Origin: an uncultured delta proteobacterium
GTDB taxonomy: Bacteria; Myxococcota; Myxococcia; Myxococcales; Myxococcaceae
Length of the DNA: 52,166 nt
Direction of reading: 5' to 3'
NCBI GenBank assembly: GCA_963771175.1
Contig: CAVYSY010000049.1
Span: forward strand, 1 to 52,166
Below are positions 18,740 to 28,758 of the stretch, piece by piece. The number at the start of each line of letters is the position of its first letter. Position 1 is the stretch's first letter. Under the pieces are notes generated by a model. That model ran no database searches, was not told the origin of the DNA, and was given only the letters and a program-made list of their open reading frames with translations. Position numbers and translations under genes: made by a program.

Positions 18740-19558
18740 ATGAGAAGAACCCATTCGTGGAGCAGGTGGGCCTGTGGGCTGTCATGGGCCGCGATGCTCG
18801 TGGCGCTCGGGTGCTCCAGCGACCCCTCCGGGGAACTCGAGGCAGAGCAACCGCTGGACGCGGAGGCCGCGGTGCTCGAGGCCGCCAGGGGGGGCGGGCA
18901 TCTCCGCTGGGACCACAAGGCGGGGACCTTCCGTTACTCCATCACCCGCACCTCGGGCTTCGACGCGCCAGGGGGACCCACCACGACGCGCGCCGTCGTC
19001 AGCGTCACCCTCGACGGCAAGCAGCGTGTCCTGGTGAGTGGAGACGGGCTCGAGGCGACCTTCTACAGGTTTCATCCGTGGAGACTGTGCGAGACGAACG
19101 AGGCGAACACGGTCGTCCAGGAGAATGCAGCCATCCTCGCGCTGCCGCCCTTTCCCGCGGCGCCGCGCGTGGGGAGACAGCACGTCTCGGAGACGCACGT
19201 GGGCAATGAGGTGACCCTCCAGAGCCGGAGGACCACCCGCATCGACGGCGTGGGCTCCCACCAGGTTGCCTATACGACGAGCCTCGCCTTTCGCATCCCC
19301 GAGAACCGGGCCGTGAGGGACTTCGCGTCCCAGTTCTGGGGCGACGGCGCAGCCGACTCCCTGCGGAACTTGGAGTGGTTGACCCACGAGTGGACCCCGT
19401 ATGGCCTCTGTGAGGGCCGCTTCAACTCACGGCTGGGGGTCCTCGAGACGAAGCGCTGTGTGCTGCGAGTGCTGCCGGACCGCGGCGCGACCCTGGCCCA
19501 GGTGCTCTCCGACCCCCTGCGGGAAGAAATCCAGGTCGAGCGGCTGTCCGGCCCCTGA
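18740..19558 (+). CDS. Hypothetical lipoprotein
   Basis: WAAMLVALGC lipobox. Confidence 0.65.
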   Translation: MRRTHSWSRWACGLSWAAMLVALGCSSDPSGELEAEQPLDAEAAVLEAARGGGHLRWDHKAGTFRYSITRTSGFDAPGGPTTTRAVVSVTLDGKQRVLVSGDGLEATFYRFHPWRLCETNEANTVVQENAAILALPPFPAAPRVGRQHVSETHVGNEVTLQSRRTTRIDGVGSHQVAYTTSLAFRIPENRAVRDFASQFWGDGAADSLRNLEWLTHEWTPYGLCEGRFNSRLGVLETKRCVLRVLPDRGATLAQVLSDPLREEIQVERLSGP

Positions 19559-19581
19559 GCGTCTGCGAGACGAGGACCCCC

Positions 19582-20250
19582 ATGGTGAAACCAACCCAGC
19601 GTCATACCTTCATGCGCCTGGCGGCCCTGTGCGCCCTGGGCGCGCTGAGCGCCGCCGCGGTCTGCACCACCGCTCCGGCATCCTCCATCGAGGAGATAGA
19701 CAAGGCCATCGAGAACGCCATCGTGCGCTGCCGCTCCACTGGGCAGATTGCGCCCGAGCCGGCGGCGGGAGAGGTGGTGGGCGGCGGGCTCAACTGTCCG
19801 ACCCGGGAGTTCTCCGATCTGCCGCTCGTGGAGTGCGGCACGAGCCTGACCGTGAAGGTGAACTACGACATCGAGGGAAACAAAGGGACGACGGATGCGT
19901 CTGGGTCGATTACCGTCAAGTCGACCGAGAACAGGAGCGTCCAGCACAGCCACCAGCGGTGCGGCGCGCAGCCCGGCGAGTGCGAGCCTCGGTTCGTGTT
20001 CTGGGTGACCACTCTCAATGCCAACCTCCAGGTGACGATCGCTCAGACGGTGAACTTCCGCGCCATCAACGCCGACGTCAGCGCCGCCTTCCAGGGCTAC
20101 AAGAACCAGTACCGGTTCAAGCAGATGCGGGACCACACTCCTTCCGATCCGGAAGGGCGCCGGTGTAACTGCCCTGATGGAGGCAGTGACGGCGGAGGAG
20201 GTGACGGAGGCGGAGGAGGTGACGGAGGCGGAGGAGGTGACGGAGGCTAG
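19582..20250 (+). CDS. Secreted Cys-containing hypothetical protein with Gly/Asp tail
   Basis: Signal peptide; GGGGDG repeats encoded by an 18-bp tandem repeat. Confidence 0.7.
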   Translation: MVKPTQRHTFMRLAALCALGALSAAAVCTTAPASSIEEIDKAIENAIVRCRSTGQIAPEPAAGEVVGGGLNCPTREFSDLPLVECGTSLTVKVNYDIEGNKGTTDASGSITVKSTENRSVQHSHQRCGAQPGECEPRFVFWVTTLNANLQVTIAQTVNFRAINADVSAAFQGYKNQYRFKQMRDHTPSDPEGRRCNCPDGGSDGGGGDGGGGGDGGGGGDGG

Positions 20251-20254
20251 CCAG

Positions 20255-20446
20255 GGTGTCCAGCCCAGCCAGGGTGTCAGACGACTCGTAGGGGGCCAGC
20301 CAGGGTGTCAGACGATTTGTAGGGGCGAGGTGTCGGAACGAGTCCTTTGACACCTTCCCGGAACATCCCGCCCCCGAGCTGAGCGCTCCAGCCAGGGGGT
20401 CGGACGACGAGAGGGGGCGAGGTGTCGAAAGGCACGACCTCGACAC
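20255..20446 (+). repeat. Element locus: arm A (20273), complete element (20304-20354) and degenerate element (20396-20446)
   Basis: Direct motif matches; degenerate copy reads GGGGTCGGACGACGAGAGGGGGCGAGGTGTCGAA. Confidence 0.9.
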
Positions 20447-20476
20447 GCGCGGGGTCCCTCACTCCGGAAGAGGGCC

Positions 20477-21416
20477 CTACATGCAAATCAGACGCACCCA
20501 GAGCTTCCAGCTCGGCGCGTACGTGCTGTGGTTCTTCGCGTTGGTGAGCCAGGTGCTCCCATCGTATCCGGACTCGAAGTGCAGCGCCGCGCCGTCGAGG
20601 ATGCCACTGGAGCTGTCGAGCACGCCCCACCCCGCTCCGAGCGCCTTCTTTCCGGTGGAGCAGGCCGCCTGCACCTGCTTCCACGACGTGCCGTCCACGG
20701 GACTCTCCGTGGTGACGACCTCGTAGCCCGAGAGGCTGCTCTCTGGCGCGCACAAGAGCTGCCCCTTGAGCTTCCAGCTCGATGCGAAGCTGGACGTGTT
20801 GCGAGCATTCACGAGCCAGCCCGAGCCGTCGTAGCTCGGTCCGAAGTAGAGCGCCTCCCCCTCGAGGATGATGTTGGTGCTGTCGAGCACGCTCCACCCC
20901 GCCCCGAGCGCCTTCTTTCCCGCCGGGCAGCTCATCTGCAATTGCTTCCCCGCCACCGAGTCGACCGCGGTCTCGAAGGGCACCACTTCGTAGCCGGTGA
21001 GCGCGCTGGCGCACAGCACCCGGACTTGCAGCTTCCAGGTCGAAGCATAGGTGCTCAGGTTCCTGGCATTCACCATCCACTCGGTGCCATCCCAGCTCGG
21101 CGCGGAATACGTGGCGCTCCCCTCGAGCATGCCACCGGTGCTGTCGAGCACGCTCCACCCTCCGCTGAGCGCCTTCCTTCCCGTCGGGCATGCCACGCTG
21201 AGCTGTTTGCTCGAGTTGCTGTCGACCTGGGTCTCGCTCGTGACGACCTCGTAGCCCGAGAGCAGGCTCGACTGGACCCCCCGAGCTCGCTCGTGTCGGA
21301 CTCGGCGGCGCCAGGGCCGCAGCCGCTCGACGAGAGCCCCACTGCCACGGTCAGGGCCATCCAAAAGCGGTCCCTGACCCACGACGTACCCGAAAGCCGC
21401 TGGTCATGTTCTTCAT
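20477..21416 (-). CDS. Lipoprotein with three ~87-aa Cys-containing repeats (copy 1, frameshifted near 5' end)
   Basis: GYEVV..C.xG(K/R)KALxxGWxVLDS..WKL..C three times; near-identical to 22401-23341. Confidence 0.75.
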
Positions 21417-21520
21417 TGCTTTATTCTTGCGTGTATAATATTATAAATAATAAAATAATAATAGAAGTATGGATAAGAATGAAATGATGATAGTTGAGTT
21501 AGAAAGGAAAAGAATTTTTT

Positions 21521-22340
21521 GTGAGGGGCGGAGGCGGACTTCGGCGTCGTCACCTCCTTCCTCTTCAAGCTGCAGCCGGTGAACAACATCATCGGCGGCA
21601 TGACCCTGTGGCCTCTGGACCAGGCCGCGGAGGTGATGCGCTGGTATCGCGAATTCCTGCCCCAGGCGCCGGAGGACCTCAACGGCTTCCTCGCCTTCCT
21701 GACGGTGCCGCCGACGGCGCCCTTCCCCGAGTCCCTCCAACTGGAGAAGGTCTGCGGCATCGTGTGGTGCTACACGGGGCCGCCGGAGCGGGCGGACGAG
21801 ACGTTCAAGCCCATCCGGGAGTTCGGCCGGCCGGCGCTCGTCGGCATCCATGCGATGCCCTACCCCGCCCTGCAGAGCCTGTTCGATGCGTTCTACCCGA
21901 AGGGCCTGCAGTGGTACTGGCGGGCCGACTTCGTCCGCGAGCTGGGGGACGAGGCCATCGCGCGACACATCGAGTACGCCGAGCGGATGCCCACGCCGCT
22001 CTCCAGCATGCACCTCTACCCCGTCGATGGAGCGGTGCACCGGGTGGGGGTGAAGGACACGGCCTTCGCCTACCGTGACGTCCTGTGGTCCGAGGTCATC
22101 GTCGGGGTGGATGCCTCGCCAGAGAACGCGGAGCGAATCACCACCTGGACGAAGGAGTACTGGGACGCGGTGCACCCCTACTCAGCGGGGGGCGCCTACG
22201 TGAACTTCATGATGCAGGAGGGGACCGAGCGGGTGCGGGCCACGTACCGGGAGAACTACGACCGGCTGGAGGAGGTGAAGGGCCGGTATGATCCGACGAA
22301 CCTCTTCCACGTGAACCAGAACATCCCGCCCCCGAGCTGA
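21521..22340 (+). pseudogene. C-terminal half of an FAD-linked oxidase (BBE domain), paralog of 24991-26409
   Basis: Begins at VRGGG..FGVVTSF; ends YDPTNLFHVNQNIPPPS; N-terminal half replaced by an AT-rich stretch. Confidence 0.85.
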
Positions 22341-22353
22341 GCGCTCCAGCCAG

Positions 22354-22388
22354 GGGGTCGGACGACGAGAGGGGGCGAGGTGTCGAAA
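22354..22388 (+). repeat. Degenerate element
   Basis: Same degenerate sequence as 20396. Confidence 0.7.
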
Positions 22389-22400
22389 GGCACCACCTCG

Positions 22401-23341
22401 CTACATGCAAATCAGACGCACCCAGAGCTTCCAGCTCGGCGCGTACGTGCTGTGGTTCTTCGCGTTGGTGAGCCAGGTGCTCCCATCGTATCCGGACTCG
22501 AAGTGCAGCGCCGCGCCGTCGAGGATGCCACTGGTGCTGTCGAGACGCCCCACCCCGCTCCGAGCGCCTTCTTTCCGGTGGAGCAGGCCGCCTGCACCTG
22601 CTTCCACGACGTGCCGTCCACGGGACTCTCCGTGGTGACGACCTCGTAGCCCGAGAGGCTGCTCTCTAGCGCGCACAAGAGCTGCCCCTTGAGCTTCCAG
22701 CTCGATGCGAAGCTGGACGTGTTGCGAGCATTCACGAGCCAGCCCGAGCCGTCGTAGCTCGGTCCGAAGTAGAGCGCCTCCCCCTCGAGGATGATGTTGG
22801 TGCTGTCGAGCACGCTCCACCCCGCCCCGAGCGCCTTCTTTCCCGCCGGGCAGCTCATCTGCAATTGCTTCCCCGCCACCGAGTCGACCGCGGTCTCGAA
22901 GGGCACCACTTCGTAGCCGGTGAGCGCGCTGGCGCACAGCACCCGGACTTGCAGCTTCCAGGTCGAAGCATAGGTGCTCAGGTTCCTGGCATTCACCATC
23001 CACTCGGTGCCATCCCAGCTCGGCGCGGAATACGTGGCGCTCCCCTCGAGGATGCCACCGGTGCTGTCGAGCACGCTCCACCCTCCGCTGAGCGCCTTCC
23101 TTCCCGTCGGGCATGCCACGCGGAGCTGTTTGCTCGAGTTGCTGTCGACCTGGGTCTCGCTCGTGACGACCTCGTAGCCCGAGAGCAGGCTCGACTGGGC
23201 CCCCCCGAGCTCGCTCGTGTCGGACTCGGCGGCGCCAGGGCCGCAGCCGCTCGACGAGAGCCCCACTGCCACGGTCAGGGCCATCCAAAAGCGGTCCCTG
23301 CCCCACGACGTACCCGAAAGCCGCTGGTCCATGTTCTTCAT
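22401..23341 (-). CDS. Three-repeat lipoprotein (copy 2, frameshift near 22545)
   Basis: MKNMDQR..VAVGLSSSGC signal; ORFs 22412-23380 and 22401-23546 join. Confidence 0.8.
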
Positions 23342-23714
23342 TGCTTCCTCCCTTGCGTGTGATGGCCACAGGAGCGGCAAGCCCCCGGAGCGCGCGCAGG
23401 GAAGGCAGTGAAGCAGATCTATTCCTCAGGGCCCAGGTCCGGGCCGGATCTTCTTCCTGAGCCGATGGAGCACAACACGGCAGAGTGACAGCACTGCGTT
23501 TGTGACCGTCAGCGGAATGAGCGTCGCCAGCCCGTTGCCCGCACACAGCTCACCCGTAAGAGTCCAACGAGTCCGTCGAAAACGCTAGGGACGCCGGCTC
23601 CGGAGCGGCAGCGGACCCAAGGGCAGTCCGTTTCCAGCAAACCGGGCCTGGAGGGAGGGGCCCCCTGACACCGGAAAAACAAACGTTGTGGTTGGAATGT
23701 TGATTGTTGGCGGA

Positions 23715-23731
23715 GCGAGTCCTTTGACACC
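23715..23731 (+). repeat. Lone arm B
   Basis: GCGAGTCCTTTGACACC followed by TTCCC. Confidence 0.88.
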
Positions 23732-23887
23732 TTCCCAGCCATCCCGAAGGGCAATTGCCCGATCGTCTTGCAAACAGTCCACGGAGAAGAAGGTTGCCTC
23801 GCGGGCGAACACGGTCGGGAGCGAGAGTGCGAATGAACCTCTCCTGGGAGACTGCGACGTCCCCCGGTCTTCCCAAGGAGAAGGACG

Positions 23888-24760
23888 ATGAAAGCCTCTT
23901 GCTTCCGTGTCGTGCTCGCGCTCGCGGCCTCTGCTCTCGTGGGGTGCGACGATGAGCCAGACAAGCCATCGGACTCGGAGCTGGCCACCCAGGCCCTGCA
24001 GCAGATTGCCCAGTACGCTCCCACCAGCCTGCCAGCCAGTGCACCGGATGAGCTGCTACGGGTGACGCTCGGAGGCGTACCGTACAACCTCCGCGAGCTC
24101 CTCAGCCGCCCTTCCGACTCGCGGCCCTCCGCACGCATCGTCGCGGCCTACCGCACCCTCCCCACTCCTTCGGACCCACCTCCCCTTGGCACCAGCACCA
24201 CGACCGTCCCTCCGGACTACACGCGCTCGGCGCCGGCGGCCCAGGTCTACGAGTGCCGCCAGAACGGTAGCAGCTTCGCCTGGGTCCTCCTCCAACCCGA
24301 GGCAGGCCTCGAGCCCATCACCACCCAGCCCGTCTCGGGGCTGGAGCTGCTCGTGATCGATCATTTCCGCTACCCGGGAGGCATCGACTACGGCCCGCCT
24401 ACCGGCACGCCACCGACGGGCCCCTCGTGGCGTGTCTCCGCGCCCGCGCTCAACCAAGGCTCGCCCACCCTCGGCCAGACCCTCTTCATCGGTGTCATCG
24501 AGGCCTCGGTCCCCAATGGGTCGAGCAACATCCCCCTCCTGCGCGTGGCCCAGGCCGCACGCGTTGATCAGGGCATCCCGTCCGAAGTGTTCTCGAGGAC
24601 CTTGTCCGACGGCACCCAGACGGGCTACCTGCTCCGGCTCGACACCGTGGGGGGAATCGCGCCGACGACGGGCTGCGACGGTGCCGGGGACGTAGGCAGT
24701 CGGTATCGGTCGCCGTACTCCACCGAGTACTACTTCATCAACGTCTTCACGTCTCCGTAG
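23888..24760 (+). CDS. DUF3455-like lipoprotein
   Basis: ALVGC lipobox; QVYEC..WVLLQPEA..HF..GPSW..NIPLLRV..RLDTVGGIAP..C..PYSTEYYF. Confidence 0.75.
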   Translation: MKASCFRVVLALAASALVGCDDEPDKPSDSELATQALQQIAQYAPTSLPASAPDELLRVTLGGVPYNLRELLSRPSDSRPSARIVAAYRTLPTPSDPPPLGTSTTTVPPDYTRSAPAAQVYECRQNGSSFAWVLLQPEAGLEPITTQPVSGLELLVIDHFRYPGGIDYGPPTGTPPTGPSWRVSAPALNQGSPTLGQTLFIGVIEASVPNGSSNIPLLRVAQAARVDQGIPSEVFSRTLSDGTQTGYLLRLDTVGGIAPTTGCDGAGDVGSRYRSPYSTEYYFINVFTSP

Positions 24761-24831
24761 CGCCTCAACGTCTTCACGTCTCCGTAGCGCCTCGGAAGTG
24801 GAACGTGAGGCCGGCCAGGGTGTCCGGCCAG

Positions 24832-24883
24832 GGTGTCAGACGACTCGTAGGGCGCAAGGTGTCGGAGCGAGTCCTTTGACACC
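24832..24883 (+). repeat. Complete element, variant spacer
   Basis: GGTGTCAGACGACTCGTAGGGCGCAAGGTGTCGGAGCGAGTCCTTTGACACC. Confidence 0.95.
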
Positions 24884-24990
24884 TCCCCGGGACCTTCCCG
24901 GACAGGCAGGGGAGGGAGGGCTGCCTTGCCTGAGGCGAAGCGGTGTCTCCGACGCGACCTACCTTCGAGCAGCAGAAGGGAGCGCGCACG

Positions 24991-26409
24991 ATGACCGAAG
25001 AAATCAGCACCAATGGGGGGGCGGCGCCAGGCGTGGCTCCTGCCGCCAGCGAGGCCCTACGGGCTCGCCTACGAGGACCACTCATTCAGCCTCGCGACGA
25101 GGAGTACGACACCGTCCGTCGCGTCTACAACGGAATGATTGACAAGCACCCGGCGCTCATCGCCCGCTGCTTCGACGTGGCGGACGTCCTGGCGGCGGTG
25201 GACTTCGCTCGCGAGCACCGGGTGACGGTGGCCATCCGCGGCGGCGGCCATAACGGCGGGGGGCTGGGAGTCTGTGACAACGGCCTGGTCATCGACCTGT
25301 CGCTGATGCGGGGCGTGCACGTGGACCCCTCGGCCCGCACGGTCCGTGTCGAGGGCGGGGCTGTCTGGGGCGACGTGGACCACGCGACGCATGCCTTTGG
25401 CCTGGCGACGCCCTCGGGCATCTTCTCGACGACGGGCGTGGCCGGCCTGACTCTGGGCGGGGGCACCGGGCACCTCACCCGCAAGTATGGCCTGAGCATC
25501 GACAACCTGCTCGCGGTGGACATGGTGCTGGCGGACGGGCGCTTCGTGACGGCCAGCGAGCGGGAGCACCCGGACCTCTTCTGGGCGGTGAGGGGCGGAG
25601 GCGGCAACTTCGGCGTCGTCACCTCCTTCCTCTTCAAGCTGCAGCCGGTGGGCATCATCGTCGGCGGCCTGACCCTGTGGCCGCTGGACCAGGCCGCGGA
25701 GGTGATGCGCTGGTATCGCGAATTCCTGCCCCAGGCGCCGGAGGAGCTCAACGGCTTCCTCGCCTTCATGACGGTGCCGCCGGTGGCGCCCTTCCCCGAG
25801 TCCCTCCAACTGGAGAAGGTCTGCGCTATCGTGTGGTGCTACACGGGGCCGCCGGAGCGGGCGGACGAGATATTCAAGCCCATCCGGGAGTTCGGCCGGC
25901 CGGCGCTCGTCGGCATCCAGGCGATGCCCTACCCCGCCCTGCAGAGCATGTTCGATGTGTTCTACCCGAAGGGCCTGCAGTGGTACTGGCGGGCCGACTT
26001 CGTCCGCGAGCTGGGGGACGAGGCCATCGCACGGCACCTCGAGTTCGCCGAGCGGCTGCCCACGCCGCTCTCCAGCATGCACCTCTACCCCGTCGATGGA
26101 GCGGTACACCGGGTGGGGGTGAAGGACACGGCCTTCGCCTACCGTGACGTCCTGTGGTCCGAAGTCATCGTCGGGGTGGATGCGTCGCCAGAGAACGCGG
26201 CGCTCATCACCGCCTGGACGAAGGAGTACTGGGACGCGGTGCACCCCTACTCAGCGGGGGGCGCCTACGTGAACTTCATGATGCAGGAGGGGAGCGAGCG
26301 GGTGCGGGCCACGTACCGGGAGAACTACGACCGGCTGGTGGAGGTGAAGGGCCGGTATGATCCGACGAACCTCTTCCACGTGAACCAGAACATCCCGCCC
26401 CCGAGCTGA
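24991..26409 (+). CDS. FAD-binding oxidoreductase (FAD_binding_4 + BBE)
   Basis: IRGGGHN, GVAGLTLGGG, DLFWAVRGGGGNFGVVT, YVNF..KGRYDPTNLF. Confidence 0.93.
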   Translation: MTEEISTNGGAAPGVAPAASEALRARLRGPLIQPRDEEYDTVRRVYNGMIDKHPALIARCFDVADVLAAVDFAREHRVTVAIRGGGHNGGGLGVCDNGLVIDLSLMRGVHVDPSARTVRVEGGAVWGDVDHATHAFGLATPSGIFSTTGVAGLTLGGGTGHLTRKYGLSIDNLLAVDMVLADGRFVTASEREHPDLFWAVRGGGGNFGVVTSFLFKLQPVGIIVGGLTLWPLDQAAEVMRWYREFLPQAPEELNGFLAFMTVPPVAPFPESLQLEKVCAIVWCYTGPPERADEIFKPIREFGRPALVGIQAMPYPALQSMFDVFYPKGLQWYWRADFVRELGDEAIARHLEFAERLPTPLSSMHLYPVDGAVHRVGVKDTAFAYRDVLWSEVIVGVDASPENAALITAWTKEYWDAVHPYSAGGAYVNFMMQEGSERVRATYRENYDRLVEVKGRYDPTNLFHVNQNIPPPS

Positions 26410-26439
26410 GCGCTCAGGACGACGAGGGCCCGCGCACAG

Positions 26440-26491
26440 GGTGTCAGACGACTCGTAGGGGGCGAGATGTCGGAACGAGTCCTTTGACACC
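26440..26491 (+). repeat. Complete element
   Basis: One spacer substitution relative to consensus. Confidence 0.96.
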
Positions 26492-26521
26492 TTTCCGGAG
26501 CTGGACCCGGCTCTGTCGTGG

Positions 26522-26806
26522 TTACCCGCAGACGTTGTAGCTGAACGCGCGATACCAGGGGGTCACTTCCCCGTAGTAGATGGCGTTGCCGTCGCAGGTG
26601 CAATCCCGGCGGCCTACCTCCACGGTCCTCGTGGAGTTGCTGTAGTACGTGACGTACTGGTTCGGCTCCACGCCGCAATCCAGCGGCGCGATGCCCTGCT
26701 CCACCGTGTCGAGTTGCACGTCATCGCCGGGCGACGTCTCCACGCCTCCGCACGCACCGAGGAGCATCGCACCTGTCAGCATCACACCCGTGAGAAAACG
26801 GTTCAT
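26522..26806 (-). CDS. Small Cys-rich lipoprotein (DUF6289-like)
   Basis: MLLGAC lipobox; YYSNSTRTVEVG..CxCDG..YG; GGAGG RBS; only gene between two repeat loci. Confidence 0.75.
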   Translation of the reverse strand: MNRFLTGVMLTGAMLLGACGGVETSPGDDVQLDTVEQGIAPLDCGVEPNQYVTYYSNSTRTVEVGRRDCTCDGNAIYYGEVTPWYRAFSYNVCG

Positions 26807-26911
26807 CCGACCTCCGTAAAGGGAGGTGACAGCTTAGCTCAGTCACCTCCCCTTTTGCCGGCCAAGGTGGGCCTGCCCCTTCGGACCTCGGAAAAATGGG
26901 TAGGGTCGAAA

Positions 26912-26928
26912 ACGAGTCCTTTGACACC
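26912..26928 (+). repeat. Lone arm B
   Basis: ACGAGTCCTTTGACACC plus GGACACCTTCCC stutter. Confidence 0.9.
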
Positions 26929-26950
26929 GTCCCGGACACCTTCCCGGCTG

Positions 26951-28519
26951 CTACGGAATGGGCTTGCAGGCGGTCTTCAGCCCCAGTCCGGCGATGAGGT
27001 GGGCTCGCGCCGGGCTCTGCCAGAACAGCCGCAGGGTGCGCTCCGCGTGCGGCATGGTGTTCTGGTCACACACATCGCTCTTGATGATGCTCGAGAGGCT
27101 GGTGAAGTCGCTGTACTGCGTCCAGTTATACGGAGCGCTGTCCGCCGCGACGTGGCAGGTGCGGCAGTAGGGCTTGACCACGTTGTTGTAGAGCTTCTTG
27201 GACGCACTGCTGTCCTGCCAGCCGGCGGGGATATAGGTGTCCACGGCCACCGCGGCCGGGTCGTTCACGTTGCCCCCGTACATGCCGTTGATCATGTCGG
27301 TAATGGCCGTGTTGGCACCAGCCGCCAGCGCATGGGCATTGAGCTTGCGCAGCTTCTCCTCCTGGTCCGCGTAGGTGTAGCCCGCGGTGGTGGAGTACTT
27401 GAAGCTGAAGACATCAAAGGGCAGGAAGTGGGCGCCGGTGACCTCGTTGGTCGCCGTGTTGTAGGCGCCGGCAATGGCATGGCAGGACATGCAGTTCTGC
27501 GGCACCGAGGTGTTGTAGCCCGTGCTGTCCAGCGGAGCCTCGTTGGTCAGGTTGCCGCTCCCGTCATACACGATGAACTGGATACTGTTGGGCGCGGTGA
27601 TGGGGGGCGTGTAGACCATGGCCACCGTGGCAATGGGGTTGGTGTTGTTGATGGCCTGGGTGAGGGCTGCGTTGGCGTCCAGACCGAAGACCACCTTGCC
27701 CGTCGAGTCCCGGCCGTAGTTGGCCACGTAGCAGGCCTGCCCCGTGCCGGAGGAGCTGCTGAAGGACTTGCAGCGCATGGAGCGCGCCAGCCCCAGGTCT
27801 CCGTTGTTGTAGAAGATGGCGCTCACCTGGTCCGTGACCAGCAGGTTGAAGCCATACTTGAGCCGGAAGGCGGCCAGCGTGGCTGGGGCATTGATGGTGG
27901 TGTAGTACTGAGCCGTCTCCGTCGGCGTCCCCACCCCCAGGCGGCTCAGGTAGGGCGGGTTGGTCCGTCCTGAATCGGTAGGGGTCGGTGAGGTGGACAC
28001 CTGCACCGTGGCCCCTTCAATGGCGTAGGGCGTGGCGCACCGCGAGCCAATCGTCTTCCACGACTCGTCGAGGTTCTCGCCGAGACAGCTGTTGTAGTCG
28101 TCGTCAAAGACATAGACGTTCATGTCTCCGTCCGGATCGTGGGCAACGGCCCGGATGCGCGCCACTCCGCCCGCAGGCCAGCGCAGCGAGTACCCCACTG
28201 GCACCGGCACCGCACTCAGGCTCCAGGCGTAGAGCGGGTCCGGATCGTTCCAGCTCGTGGGCGAGGAGGACGACACCGCCGTCCCCACCGTCTTCCAATT
28301 GCTGGACACCGTGGGGTCCGCATCCGGCTTGTAGAGGATCTGCACCTCGATGGGGATGTTGGGCTCGTTGTAATAGCCGCTGAAGGTCTGCGTGTCGCCC
28401 TCCGCCGAGCCGCTGATGGTGGTGCCGTTGTTCGGGTTCGTCATGCACCCCATCGCCCCGAGCACCACCAGCGCCAACGGCCTCCCAAGCCTCTGCCAAG
28501 CCAACGTCACCTTGTCCAT
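26951..28519 (-). CDS. Di-heme c-type cytochrome lipoprotein
   Basis: LGAMGC lipobox; CMSCH and CRTCH; distal MPHAE. Confidence 0.8.
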   Translation of the reverse strand: MDKVTLAWQRLGRPLALVVLGAMGCMTNPNNGTTISGSAEGDTQTFSGYYNEPNIPIEVQILYKPDADPTVSSNWKTVGTAVSSSSPTSWNDPDPLYAWSLSAVPVPVGYSLRWPAGGVARIRAVAHDPDGDMNVYVFDDDYNSCLGENLDESWKTIGSRCATPYAIEGATVQVSTSPTPTDSGRTNPPYLSRLGVGTPTETAQYYTTINAPATLAAFRLKYGFNLLVTDQVSAIFYNNGDLGLARSMRCKSFSSSSGTGQACYVANYGRDSTGKVVFGLDANAALTQAINNTNPIATVAMVYTPPITAPNSIQFIVYDGSGNLTNEAPLDSTGYNTSVPQNCMSCHAIAGAYNTATNEVTGAHFLPFDVFSFKYSTTAGYTYADQEEKLRKLNAHALAAGANTAITDMINGMYGGNVNDPAAVAVDTYIPAGWQDSSASKKLYNNVVKPYCRTCHVAADSAPYNWTQYSDFTSLSSIIKSDVCDQNTMPHAERTLRLFWQSPARAHLIAGLGLKTACKPIP

Positions 28520-28758
28520 GCTCTGCTCCCCCTGTGTCTTGGGCGCTCTCCGACGGGCGGAGCGCACTGTTTCCGGAAAATTACGCCCCCTTGGTGGAGA
28601 AATCCAGGAAAATCCGGTAATGTCGATAATGCCCACTGTGACGGACATCCAGCCCTTTCTGCTTGAGCTGTGGGCCTGACAACCAGGGCTGGCCGTCAGC
28701 TGCGGCGCAGGGCCCGCGGGCACATTGGCCTTTACCCTGTCACCCCCGGAGTCTCACC

